A stretch of DNA of 64,000 nt from a bacterium (GTDB lineage Bacteria > UBA8248 > JACPRG01 > G963555815). The notes beneath the pieces were generated by a model. That model was not told where the DNA came from. It searched no databases and was given only the letters and a program-made list of their open reading frames with translations. A program made the position numbers and the translations under genes. Below are positions 21,376-30,766 of the stretch, in pieces; positions within the stretch are counted from its first letter, which is position 1; each line of letters opens with the position of its first letter. Location of the stretch: contig CAUVWX020000001.1 in NCBI GenBank assembly GCA_963555815.3, positions 1,184,001-1,248,000 on the forward strand, given 5' to 3'.

Positions 21376-22815
21376 ATGCAGATCCGTGCCATCCTGCGGG
21401 GTTTTGGTTTTCTGGCCCTGCTCCTAGCAGTCGCCCTGCTGGTCCCCTTTGGGGTGGCCCTTGGCACTCAGGGGCCCGATGCGAAGGCCTTTGGATGGAC
21501 GATCCTCCTGACAGTGGCGGTGGGGGGAGGGCTCATCGCCTCGGGCAAGGGGAAAGAGTTTGGGGTCCGGGATGGGTTTGCCATCGTCACCGGAAGTTGG
21601 CTCCTTTTCGCTCTTCTGGGTAGTCTGCCTTACCTTTTTTCCGGGACCGTTGCCTCATACACAGATGCTTTCTTTGAGGCCATGTCGGGCTTCACAACGA
21701 CAGGGGCCACCATCCTCCCTGACATCGAAAAGGCCCCTTTGGGGATCCTCCTCTGGCGGAGCCTGACCCAGTGGTTGGGAGGGATGGGGATCATCGTCCT
21801 CACCATCGCCCTCCTCCCCCTCTTCGGTGTGGGAGGGCTTCAGCTCTTCCGGGCTGAGGCCCCCGGGCCCACGAAGGAACGGCTGGTTCCGCGCAATCGT
21901 GAGACGGCGAAACTCCTCTGGGGAGTCTATGTGGCCCTCTCGGCCTTGGAGTGGCTTCTGCTCGCCTTAGGCGGGATGCCCCCCTTCGAGGCCCTTCTGC
22001 ACACCTTCACGACCATGTCGACAGGGGGGTTCTCACCGAAAAACGCCAGCATTGCCGCCTACGCCAGTCCCTACATCCAATGGGTCATCATCGTCTTCAT
22101 GGCCGTCGCAGGAACCAGCTTCAGCCTTCATTATTTCGCGATAAACGGAAATCCGAAGGCATATTGGAAAAACAAGGAATTTCGACTCTACCTCTTCGTC
22201 ATCCTTCTGGTGGCTGCCGTCGGGGTGGGGTCACTCTTGGCCGCAGGGGCACGGGGCATTGGGGGAACGGTTCGGGACGCCGTCTTCCAAGTGGTCTCCA
22301 TTACCACGACGACGGGCTTTGTCACGGCGGACTTCGAGGCCTGGCCCATCCTTCTTCAGACGGTTCTCCTTTTCCTCATGTTCTTCGGAGGTTGTTCCGG
22401 GTCCACAGGGGGCGGTATGAAGCACATCCGCCTCTATTTTCTCTTTCGTCAGGGCGGGACCCAGATTGCAAGGCTCATCCATCCCCGGGCTGTGAAGGAA
22501 CTTGTCATGGGGGGCCGCCCCGTCTCGGGCGATGTCATCCAGAGCGTCCAGGCCTTCTTCTTCCTCTACCTGACCGCCTGGATGGTGGGGACCCTGGGCC
22601 TCGCCGCCCTCGGGATGGATTTGGTGAGCGGCCTCTCGGCGGCGGCGTCCGCCTTAGGCAATATAGGGCCTGCATTGGGGGCGGTCGGGCCGACGGACCA
22701 TTATGGTGGGCTGCATTTCCTCGCCAAATGGCTTCTCGCTGGCCTCATGCTGCTCGGGCGTCTTGAGATCTTTCCTGTCCTGGCCCTGCTGACAAGGGAG
22801 TTCTGGCGCCAGTAG
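21376..22815 (+). CDS. trkH: Trk potassium uptake permease
   Basis: SGFTTTGA, QWLGGMG, STGGFS, TTTGF, GSTGGG, GNIGP, GRLE. Confidence 0.95.
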   Translation: MQIRAILRGFGFLALLLAVALLVPFGVALGTQGPDAKAFGWTILLTVAVGGGLIASGKGKEFGVRDGFAIVTGSWLLFALLGSLPYLFSGTVASYTDAFFEAMSGFTTTGATILPDIEKAPLGILLWRSLTQWLGGMGIIVLTIALLPLFGVGGLQLFRAEAPGPTKERLVPRNRETAKLLWGVYVALSALEWLLLALGGMPPFEALLHTFTTMSTGGFSPKNASIAAYASPYIQWVIIVFMAVAGTSFSLHYFAINGNPKAYWKNKEFRLYLFVILLVAAVGVGSLLAAGARGIGGTVRDAVFQVVSITTTTGFVTADFEAWPILLQTVLLFLMFFGGCSGSTGGGMKHIRLYFLFRQGGTQIARLIHPRAVKELVMGGRPVSGDVIQSVQAFFFLYLTAWMVGTLGLAALGMDLVSGLSAAASALGNIGPALGAVGPTDHYGGLHFLAKWLLAGLMLLGRLEIFPVLALLTREFWRQ

Positions 22816-22887
22816 CTGGCGGAGGTCCACTGTTAAGAGAAGAGATCGATCTGTCCCGCGAGGCCGTCGTTTGCCGAGAGACTTCAA

Positions 22888-22916
22888 TTGACAAGGCGGA
22901 TCCCTCGGACTAGATT
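22888..22916 (+). promoter_or_regulatory. Putative sigma70 promoter of the split-metE pair
   Basis: TTGACA-17 bp-TAGATT. Confidence 0.65.
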
Positions 22917-22970
22917 CGGGGGAGTCGTCGAAGGATCGAAGCGTCTTCACTGGGAGAATAAGGATTTCCT

Positions 22971-23960
22971 ATGGATCTCAAGCTGACCAGTGCGGGGAGC
23001 CATCCTAGGGTAGGGGACGCGCCTGAGGATCAGCGCCTTCGCCGAGCCCGCCGTCTCTGGGAGGAAGGGGCCCTCTCCGACCCCCAATATCTGGAGGCCC
23101 AGCGTGTCGTGACAGCAGAGGCCATCCAGGAACAGGTGGCGGCGGGGCTGGACCTCGTGACGGACGGTCAAGTCCGCTGGGGGGACCCCATCTCCCATGT
23201 GGCGGGGAACTTCTCCGGCGTCGAGGTCAATGGGCTCCTTCGATACTTTGACACAAATTTTTATTTCAGACAGCCTGTCATACGAGGGCCTGTCAAACGC
23301 AAGGGTCCGCTCCTGATAGAGGACTACCGATACGCGACGAGCGTCTCTGAGAGGTCCGTTAAGCCTGTCCTGACCGGACCCTATACGACAGCCTTTTTCT
23401 CCATTGTGGAGTGGAAAGGGTATCGGGATCGAAGGGTTCTTGTGGAAGACTTGGCCCGTGCTCTGGCCGAGGAGGTGGCAGATCTTTCTGCCGCCGGGGC
23501 CAGTCTCATTCAGATCGATGAGCCTGAAATCCTGAAGCACCCGGAGGACCTTCCTCTTCTGGCCGATGCCCTTCGCCTCCTTGCGGCGGGGAAGGGGAAG
23601 GCTCAGCTTGCCCTGTACGTCTACTTCGGGGACGCACGCCCCCTCCTGGATCGCCTCTTTGATTTGCCTGTGGACGTTTTAGGCCTTGATTTCACTTATT
23701 CCGAAGACCTTGCAGAGCGGATCGTCTCAATCTCTCCGGATAAAATCTTGGGACTTGGGCTGGTGGACGGCCGCAACACCCGCCTGGAGACACCCGGGGA
23801 GATACGCCAGATCTTGGAGGTTGTTCTGCCCAGCCTGAAAGCGGACCTTTGCTATCTGAACCCCTCTTGTGGCCTGGAATACCTCCCCAGGGGTCGGGCC
23901 AGAGAGAAGCTGGCCCTTCTTTCCGAGATTAGAAGAGACCTAAAGGGAGGGAAACGGTGA
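22971..23960 (+). CDS. Cobalamin-independent methionine synthase, stand-alone N-terminal half
   Basis: TDGQVRW, YFDTNFYFRQP, KPVLTGPYT, IQIDEP, GLVDGRN. Confidence 0.8.
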   Translation: MDLKLTSAGSHPRVGDAPEDQRLRRARRLWEEGALSDPQYLEAQRVVTAEAIQEQVAAGLDLVTDGQVRWGDPISHVAGNFSGVEVNGLLRYFDTNFYFRQPVIRGPVKRKGPLLIEDYRYATSVSERSVKPVLTGPYTTAFFSIVEWKGYRDRRVLVEDLARALAEEVADLSAAGASLIQIDEPEILKHPEDLPLLADALRLLAAGKGKAQLALYVYFGDARPLLDRLFDLPVDVLGLDFTYSEDLAERIVSISPDKILGLGLVDGRNTRLETPGEIRQILEVVLPSLKADLCYLNPSCGLEYLPRGRAREKLALLSEIRRDLKGGKR

Positions 23961-24969
23961 GCCGAGAGAAGCTGAAGGAGCTGGGGCTGGATCTTCCCCT
24001 TCTCCCGACGACGACGGTGGGGAGTTTTCCAAAGCCCGAGACCCTGCGGGAGGCGAGGACTCAGTTCACTCGAGGTGCCATCAGTCGGGAGCGTCTGGAG
24101 GATGAGGAGCGGCGGGCGACAGAGGCCTGGATTACCTTTCAGCAGGAGGTGGGACTCGACCTTCTGGTGGACGGGGAGATGTATCGGGGCGACATGGTGG
24201 CCTACTTTGCCGAGGCCCTAAAAGGCTTCGGACGAGGGGGTCTCGTTCGCTCGTACGGGAACCGCTACTATCACAAGCCCGCCATTGTGGGAGAGGTGAA
24301 GTGGGAGGGGCCCATCACCACCCAGTGGTGGAAATTCGCCCAGGGCCTCTCGAGCCGTCCGGTCAAGGGGATGCTGACCGGCCCCTACACCATCATGGAT
24401 TGGTCGTTTAATGAATATTATCCCGATCGAAAAGCCGCCTGTTTCGCCCTGGCCAAAGAGATCAGAAAGGAAGTGGAGGCCCTAGGGGAGGCGGGCGCCA
24501 AGGTGGTTCAGGTCGATGAGCCTGCCCTCTCGGTGCGCTCAGAGGAGCTCCCCTTCGCTCTTGAGGCCATGAGGGTGGTCACCGAGGGTCTTCCCCTGTA
24601 TTTTGTCTCCCACATCTGCTACGGGGCCTTTGAGCTGATCTACCCTGGGATCCTCAACCTTGCCGTCGATAACCTTGACCTTGAGATGTCCAACAGCGAG
24701 CTCGACCTCTTGGAACTCTTTGAGAAACACCCTTTCAGCAAGGACCTCTCCTTCGGCGTCCTGGATGTTCACTCTCATCGGATAGAATCCGCCAAGAAGG
24801 TGGAGGCAAGGCTCCGGGCTGCCCTGCGCGTGCTCTCGCCGAGGCCCTCTGGGTGGACCCCGACTGCGGCCTCAAGACCCGTAAGGAAGAGGAGGCGCGA
24901 GGGAAGATCCAGGTGATGATGGAAGTGGTGAAGAAGATGCGAGAGGAACTCGCTCGCCGAACGGCCTAA
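23957..24969 (+). CDS. metE: Cobalamin-independent methionine synthase, catalytic C-terminal half; frameshift near 24840
   Basis: [53 protein letters not shown] lies in the shifted frame. Confidence 0.85.
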
Positions 24970-24981
24970 TTTCTCTTTTTA

Positions 24982-26049
24982 TCAGACGTCGGGTTCTCTC
25001 AAGGGATGTTCCATCCCCCCGTTGGATCTGGGAAATCCACACCCCTTCATCTTTCGGTAAAAGGTCTTTCGATTGATCTGGAGGACGCGGGCCGCCCTCG
25101 ACCGATTGTTTTTGGCGAGGTTTAGGGCCGTCTGGATGGCCTCCCGCTCCACCTGCTCAACGATGCGCTGACTCATCTCCGTCAAGCCCAACCCCTCCTC
25201 CAGCCAGGACGCGATGTCCAGGTGGCCACAGGCCCAGCCAGAGTTGTTCATAAAGGTCAAGTGATCTGGTCCGATGACCCCCTTCGCCAGGAGCATGGCG
25301 CGCCGGACAATGTTTCTCAGCTCGCGCACATTGCCCGGGAAGGGGTACGCTTCCACTGTCTCCAGGGCCTCTTTTGAGAATCCTTCGACCTCCTTGTTCA
25401 ACTCCGCGTTCGTTTCCTCGCGAAAGCGATGGGCCAGGTAAGGGATGTCTTCTTTTCTCTCTCTTAAGGCCGGGATCTTGATGGTGAACTCGCTCAGCCG
25501 ATGGTAGAGGTCTGCTCGGAATCTTCCCCTATTCACCTCCTCCTCGAGATTCGCATTGGTGGCCACCAGGATTCGCACCTCCATCGGAATAGGCCTTTTC
25601 CCCCCGATGGGCAGGAACGCCTTTTCCTCCAGGGCCCGCAGGAACTTCCGCTTCATCTCTGGCGTCAAGCCTGTCACCTCATCGAGGAGAACGGTCCCGC
25701 CTTTTGCCACGGTCAAAAGTCCTTGGGCCTTTGAGTCCGCCCCCGTGAAGGCCCCCTTCTCATGGCCAAAGAGCTCACTCTCAAAGAGGGGCCCTGGAAT
25801 CGCCCCACAGTCGACGCCAAGGAAGGGCATTGCCCTTCTCTTGCTCCGGTGATGGATATGCCGGGCGACGACTTCTTTCCCTGTCCCCGTCTCCCCTTGA
25901 ATGATGACCGTGTAATCGGTCTTTGCGATTTGCTCGATGGCGAGGGACAGCTCCTCGATGGCCCGGCCTCGCCCCATCAGGCGCTTCAGCTCCTCTGGGC
26001 CCGTGTCTAGAAAGGTCTGTGCCTCTGTTGAGAGATTAGGGTTGCTCAC
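24982..26049 (-). CDS. Sigma54-dependent enhancer-binding protein (AAA+ and Fis HTH, no receiver or sensor domain)
   Basis: GETGTGKE, ESELFGHEKGAFTGA, FPGNVREL, C-terminal HTH; only ~24 aa precede the AAA+ domain. Confidence 0.93.
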   Translation of the reverse strand: MSNPNLSTEAQTFLDTGPEELKRLMGRGRAIEELSLAIEQIAKTDYTVIIQGETGTGKEVVARHIHHRSKRRAMPFLGVDCGAIPGPLFESELFGHEKGAFTGADSKAQGLLTVAKGGTVLLDEVTGLTPEMKRKFLRALEEKAFLPIGGKRPIPMEVRILVATNANLEEEVNRGRFRADLYHRLSEFTIKIPALRERKEDIPYLAHRFREETNAELNKEVEGFSKEALETVEAYPFPGNVRELRNIVRRAMLLAKGVIGPDHLTFMNNSGWACGHLDIASWLEEGLGLTEMSQRIVEQVEREAIQTALNLAKNNRSRAARVLQINRKTFYRKMKGCGFPRSNGGMEHPLREPDV

Positions 26050-26062
26050 CGCACATCACCCC

Positions 26063-26755
26063 TCACTTGCACTTTACCCAGGCTCGTTGTTGCAGGATAT
26101 TGGTGGCATGGTGGCCATAGGATTCTGCCACCCGAGCCTCGTAGGAAGTAAAAGGACGGGCCCGGTCGTAGTAGAGGCAGAGAGCCCCTTTCGGCTCTTT
26201 CCCCACCATAAGGGGGATGACGGCCAGCGTTCGAAATCCTTCCTTCGATAGATGTTGTGACACCGAGCTTGCCGGGGAGTCCTCAGAGGCCTCTAGCACG
26301 CAGAGAAAGCCCCTTCGCCGGAAGGCCTCCTGCGCCACCACGTTGTAGGCCCCCAGGTGATGGAACTTCTCCATGGGACCTCTGGAGAGCCCCCTGGAAT
26401 AGATACAGCGGAGAGAGGACTCCTTTTCCATTAAAAGGATGGCAAAGCGATCGGGCTGAAAAAGGCTTGTGGCTTCGGTGGAGACCCGGGAGAAGAAGTT
26501 CTCCAATTCCTCTTCCCAGCCAAGGCGCTCGGTGGCGGCAGAAAGCTTTTCTGCCATCTCTAGGGTCTCCTGCAAGGCGTGGGCGTTTTCACGCAGTGCT
26601 TCATTCTTACGGTCCAGTTCGCTGTACAAGGCCAGGAGCCCCCGCTGAGATTCCAAGAGCTCACGCTGGAGCATTTCCGTCAATTCCTGGCTGAGGGGCG
26701 TCGGCTCAGAGATCCGCTCCTCCCTCAAGCCCCCGTGTTCTCGTTCCTTTCCCAT
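26063..26755 (-). CDS. Coiled-coil plus GAF domain protein
   Basis: RGLLALYSELD coiled coil, then GAF-like EGFRTLAVIPL..GALCLYYDRARPFT. Confidence 0.75.
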   Translation of the reverse strand: MGKEREHGGLREERISEPTPLSQELTEMLQRELLESQRGLLALYSELDRKNEALRENAHALQETLEMAEKLSAATERLGWEEELENFFSRVSTEATSLFQPDRFAILLMEKESSLRCIYSRGLSRGPMEKFHHLGAYNVVAQEAFRRRGFLCVLEASEDSPASSVSQHLSKEGFRTLAVIPLMVGKEPKGALCLYYDRARPFTSYEARVAESYGHHATNILQQRAWVKCK

Positions 26756-27138
26756 CGGACCGGATCATGTCCACCGCTTGACCATCACGCAGGCGATGGC
26801 TTTTGACCCGCTAGTTGTCCCTCGGGTCCGTTAATCCATCCGACAGGGCCATGGGCTCATTGTCGTGGCCGGATGTATCGCCCGCTGTGGATGCCTTACT
26901 CTGGAGTACTGCGATGAATATAGGGGTCCTCTGAGGGTCTCTTGCAATCGATAAAATTCGCTCAGTCCACCCCTGTGTGGATTGAGGTAATTAAAGTGGG
27001 GGTTTTGAAGGAGAAGTCAGCGGACACCCTTTCATCTGCGAGAAGGCGCTCAAAAGGCGAGGGACTCATGTGGGCTCTTTTTATTGAGTAGGTTATCGTT
27101 TTGAAGGCCCGCTGTTTTCCGAAATCCAATTTTTTTGT

Positions 27139-27167
27139 TTGACAAAAAGGGTCTTCTCTCTTACCTT
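27139..27167 (+). promoter_or_regulatory. Putative sigma70 promoter of the transglycosylase gene
   Basis: TTGACA-17 bp-TACCTT with an upstream T-tract. Confidence 0.55.
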
Positions 27168-27202
27168 AACTTTGTCTTGGTCGGCGGCCGGTCGACGGAG
27201 GA

Positions 27203-28957
27203 ATGATGCCCTTTGGATTAAACTTCTCGCGAATATCCTCCCTCAGGTTTTCCTCCCTCCTTTTGCCCCTCCTTTTTCTGGGTGCTTGTGGGGGCAGCTA
27301 TATCTTCCAGGAGGACTTGAGGGCAAGGCTTCTGAAGAGCAGCGCCCCTGTTCCTGAGGCCAGGGAGTCTATCGAGCCCCCTTCCCTTGAAGGGGGTCAA
27401 GAGCCCGCTCCCTCGGAACAGGAAAAGGCGGCATCTCTCGTCCCCAAACAAGAGTCTGTCGATTCTCCGGGGTTGGAAGCTGAGGACATCGGGCCGTCTC
27501 CTTCCGAGGGAGGCCCCGTGAGCCGTCTTTCTGTGCCTGCCCCCAAGGATATTACTGAGGAATCCTTCGTTCTTGAGGGGGCGATACCTTCGCCAGAAGG
27601 CGATGGGGAGGGGCTGGACTACCTTCAGGTCCCCATCGTGATGAATGCCCACGTCCAGCGGCACCTGGACTACTTTCAGGCGCAGAATCGGAAGAACTTT
27701 AGGAGGTGGCTCGAAAATTCAGGGCGTTATATGCCCATGATTAAGCAAATCCTTCGGGAGGAAAACCTCCCGGAGGATCTTGCCCATCTGGCCCTCATCG
27801 AGAGCGGCTTTAATCCCAAGGCTTATTCTCGAGCTGGGGCGAGCGGGCTTTGGCAATTCATGAGCAAGACAGGGAGGAAATATGGGCTGGTCGTCAACTG
27901 GTGGATCGACGAGCGTCGAGACCCCGTCAAGTCCACCCGGGCTGCTGCCCACTACCTGAAGGACCTGTATGGCCTGTTTCGTTCCTGGGATCTGGCCCAG
28001 GCCGGCTATAACGCAGGTGAAGGCAGGATCATGAGAGGCCTCAAACGAATCCCGGGAAAAACTTTTTGGAGCCTCGCTCGAACCCGCCACATCTCTTCCG
28101 AGACCAGGAATTTCGTCCCAAAATTCCTCGCCGCCATGATCATTTCCAAAGACCCGGCGGCCTATGGTTTCGTCGACCTGAATATTCGTGAGCCGATAGA
28201 GTACGATGAGGTTCCCGTCCTCAGGCCAACGGCCCTTCGCGCCATCGCGGAAGCCTCCGGCGTTTCTCTCGCAGAGATCCAGCAGCTCAATCTGGACCTG
28301 AGAAGGGGAGTGACACCTCCGAATTATCCTGACTATCACCTAAAGATCCCAAAGGGAACGGTGGAAAGGATCGCGACGGCCCTAAAGGACCTCAAGGACG
28401 CCCCAGCCAGGGCCGATCGCTACCTTGTCCAGCCGGGGGATACGCTGGGGGCCATCGCCTCGGCCTTTGGCACGACGGTCGAGGACCTGGCGAGCCTCAA
28501 TGCCGTCTCGAACCCAGCCTTGATCCGGGCTGGCCGTGAGCTCCTCATCCCATCGAGTTCCCCTCAGCCTGATGGGAACCAAGCGGGGCACGACGGAGAA
28601 ACTTACGTTGTCCGGCGGGGGGATACCCTCTCGGAGATCGCCCAAAGGCATCAGGCCCTGCTGTCGCATCTCATTCGCGTGAACGGCCTAGACCCCAAGA
28701 AGCCCATCCAGCCCGGAGACAAGATCCTCCTTCGGGCTTCCGGCCCAGTGACCCTCCCCCCCGTGACCTCCCCTCGCACTGAGGAGATCCAGGAGAAGCC
28801 CGCCAGAGGAGTGCATGTGGTCCAGAAGGGGGACAGCCTCTGGAAGATTGCCAAAAAGTATGGGGTTTCGCTGGCACATCTCCTGAACCTGAACGGCCTA
28901 GACCCAAAGGAGCCCATCCAGCCCGGAGACAGAATCCTCCTTCGAGCCTCCAGCTAA
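27203..28957 (+). CDS. mltD: MltD-like lytic transglycosylase lipoprotein with 3 LysM domains
   Basis: LGAC lipobox, IESGFNP..SRAGASGLWQFM, YNAGEG, ETRNFVPK, three V..GD[TS]L..IA repeats. Confidence 0.9.
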   Translation: MMPFGLNFSRISSLRFSSLLLPLLFLGACGGSYIFQEDLRARLLKSSAPVPEARESIEPPSLEGGQEPAPSEQEKAASLVPKQESVDSPGLEAEDIGPSPSEGGPVSRLSVPAPKDITEESFVLEGAIPSPEGDGEGLDYLQVPIVMNAHVQRHLDYFQAQNRKNFRRWLENSGRYMPMIKQILREENLPEDLAHLALIESGFNPKAYSRAGASGLWQFMSKTGRKYGLVVNWWIDERRDPVKSTRAAAHYLKDLYGLFRSWDLAQAGYNAGEGRIMRGLKRIPGKTFWSLARTRHISSETRNFVPKFLAAMIISKDPAAYGFVDLNIREPIEYDEVPVLRPTALRAIAEASGVSLAEIQQLNLDLRRGVTPPNYPDYHLKIPKGTVERIATALKDLKDAPARADRYLVQPGDTLGAIASAFGTTVEDLASLNAVSNPALIRAGRELLIPSSSPQPDGNQAGHDGETYVVRRGDTLSEIAQRHQALLSHLIRVNGLDPKKPIQPGDKILLRASGPVTLPPVTSPRTEEIQEKPARGVHVVQKGDSLWKIAKKYGVSLAHLLNLNGLDPKEPIQPGDRILLRASS

Positions 28958-29228
28958 CCGGTCCTCACGGTCTTCCTCTAATTCCCAAAAAGTCATGTGG
29001 GCGGTGGTCGCCCAATGGCGCTAAATCTCATATCTGCCCCCATTCGGGATATCTCCGGCCACAGGCGATGCATCGATATCGGTCAAAGAAGGGGGACGGA
29101 CCAGGATTTCCCTGGGAAGACCTGAAATGGGGTTTTGGCGCGGGAGATAGAGGGCGGCTAGGGGCGAGATTGCCACCGCAGACAATAGCCGAAGCGGCGT
29201 CGGATATCCCGCAAGCCCACGTGGTTGG

Positions 29229-29591
29229 CTAGATGGACTTCTCCTTCTCGGCCTCGTTCTGGCAGGTCACGCACAGGCGGGCGTAAGGCACCACCTTGAG
29301 TCGTTTGGCGGGAATGGAGCTCTGACATTCCTCGCAGACCCCGTAATCCCCGTTGGTGATCTTCTGGAGAGCGATATCCACCAGCTTGAGCTGCTCGCGC
29401 TCCTTTTCCCCCAGGTCCATCATGAGCTGGCGGGAGTAGATGTCGGCCGCCAAATCGCCGATGTCCTGTGTCCCGTCGTCTCCGGGTTCTTGACTGTCAC
29501 GCTTTTTGGCCCCCACATCCCCGATTAGGTCTCGGCGAATTTGCGTCAAACGGGTTTTGTATTGATCGAGATCTTTTTTCTTCACGTTCAT
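29229..29591 (-). CDS. dksA: DksA/TraR C4 zinc-finger protein
   Basis: DIGD coiled-coil tip, YGVCEEC..IPAKRL..VPYARLCVTCQ. Confidence 0.88.
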   Translation of the reverse strand: MNVKKKDLDQYKTRLTQIRRDLIGDVGAKKRDSQEPGDDGTQDIGDLAADIYSRQLMMDLGEKEREQLKLVDIALQKITNGDYGVCEECQSSIPAKRLKVVPYARLCVTCQNEAEKEKSI

Positions 29592-30004
29592 CCCTCCGCG
29601 CCGGCGCGCCGTTTAGCAGGCTCTGGGGTCTCCCCATCTTGGGGGATTGGCTTCCCGTCCAGGGAGGGAAGCCGAGGGGCGCGCGCCCACAAGTGTTCCA
29701 GGTCGTAAAACCTCCGTGTCTCCTCGGTGAAGATATGAACAATCAGGTCGTCATAGTCGATCAGGATCCACCTGCCCTCTGGATGCCCCTCGCTGGAGAG
29801 GGGGGAAACCCCATTCGCCAGGAGGGTCTCTTCGATGGCCTCAGCGATGGCGCGAGTCTGCCGGGTGCTTCGACCGGTGCACAGGAGGAAAAAGTCCGTG
29901 ATCCCGGACAGCTCACGTAGATCCAGCAACACCAGGTCGGCCGCCTTCTTGCCGACTGCTGCGCGGCAGGTGATCAGGCTCTTCTCCGCCAGGCTGATGC
30001 TCAT
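29588..30004 (-). CDS. rsfS: Ribosome silencing factor
   Basis: KKA..L.LDL, TDFFL.CTG.S, WILIDY, RRFYDLE.LW. Confidence 0.93.
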   Translation of the reverse strand: MSISLAEKSLITCRAAVGKKAADLVLLDLRELSGITDFFLLCTGRSTRQTRAIAEAIEETLLANGVSPLSSEGHPEGRWILIDYDDLIVHIFTEETRRFYDLEHLWARAPRLPSLDGKPIPQDGETPEPAKRRAGAEG

Positions 30005-30711
30005 TCCGTCAAGACCGACGGTGCCCCCGCCGCCTTCGCGTAAAGACGGTGTTCTGCAATATAGGCGGCGACCCCCGCAGGCACAAGGTATCGGATGCTC
30101 TGTCCCGTGGCCACCCGACGCCGGATGGCCGTCGAAGACACGTCAAAGTAGGTGATGGTCTTCAACCACACCATCTTTTCAGAGGGTTCGGTGCGAAGAC
30201 CCTCGGCTCGGAATCGCGGGTCAACACCGACCGGGTGGAAGCGGATCTCCCCGAACTTCGCCGTGACCGTCTTGTCAAGATGCACCCTCAGCTCCTTGGG
30301 TCTCAATTCGGGTCGCTGGACCACCACAAAGTGGGTGGAGCGGAAAAGGCCCGGGACGTCGCGCCAGGTGGCGATATCTTTGAAGATGTCCTGCCCCACA
30401 ATGAAGTAGAACTCCGTCCCCGCTGGACAGCTCTGGGAAAGACCCCCCAAGGTCTCGATGGTGTAGGAGACCCCGCCCCGCTCGATCTCCAGCGCCAAGA
30501 CCTCCAAGCGGGGGTTAGAGGCCGCTGCAAATTGGACCATCCGCAGGCGGTGAAAGGGCGCGATGACCTCCTCGTGCTGCTTGTGGGGGGGGAGGTTTTC
30601 CGGGATGAGGAACACCCGCTCCAGACCAAAATCCTCGCCCACCTCCTCGGCCGCCACCAGGTGTCCCAGGTGGATGGGATTGAAAGTGCCTCCCAGGATG
30701 CCGATCCGCAT
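30001..30711 (-). CDS. nadD: Nicotinate-nucleotide adenylyltransferase
   Basis: GGTFNPIHLGH, PPHK, SYTIET, VSSTAIR. Confidence 0.95.
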   Translation of the reverse strand: MRIGILGGTFNPIHLGHLVAAEEVGEDFGLERVFLIPENLPPHKQHEEVIAPFHRLRMVQFAAASNPRLEVLALEIERGGVSYTIETLGGLSQSCPAGTEFYFIVGQDIFKDIATWRDVPGLFRSTHFVVVQRPELRPKELRVHLDKTVTAKFGEIRFHPVGVDPRFRAEGLRTEPSEKMVWLKTITYFDVSSTAIRRRVATGQSIRYLVPAGVAAYIAEHRLYAKAAGAPSVLTE

Positions 30712-30766
30712 TGAATCTCCCTGCCGTCAGACTCCGATGGAGGTCTGACCGAAAGGGCTCCTCCCT

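Noticed and set aside
22916..22970. SAM riboswitch before the metE pair
   Set aside because: The leader is only ~50 nt and lacks recognisable SAM-I/II elements
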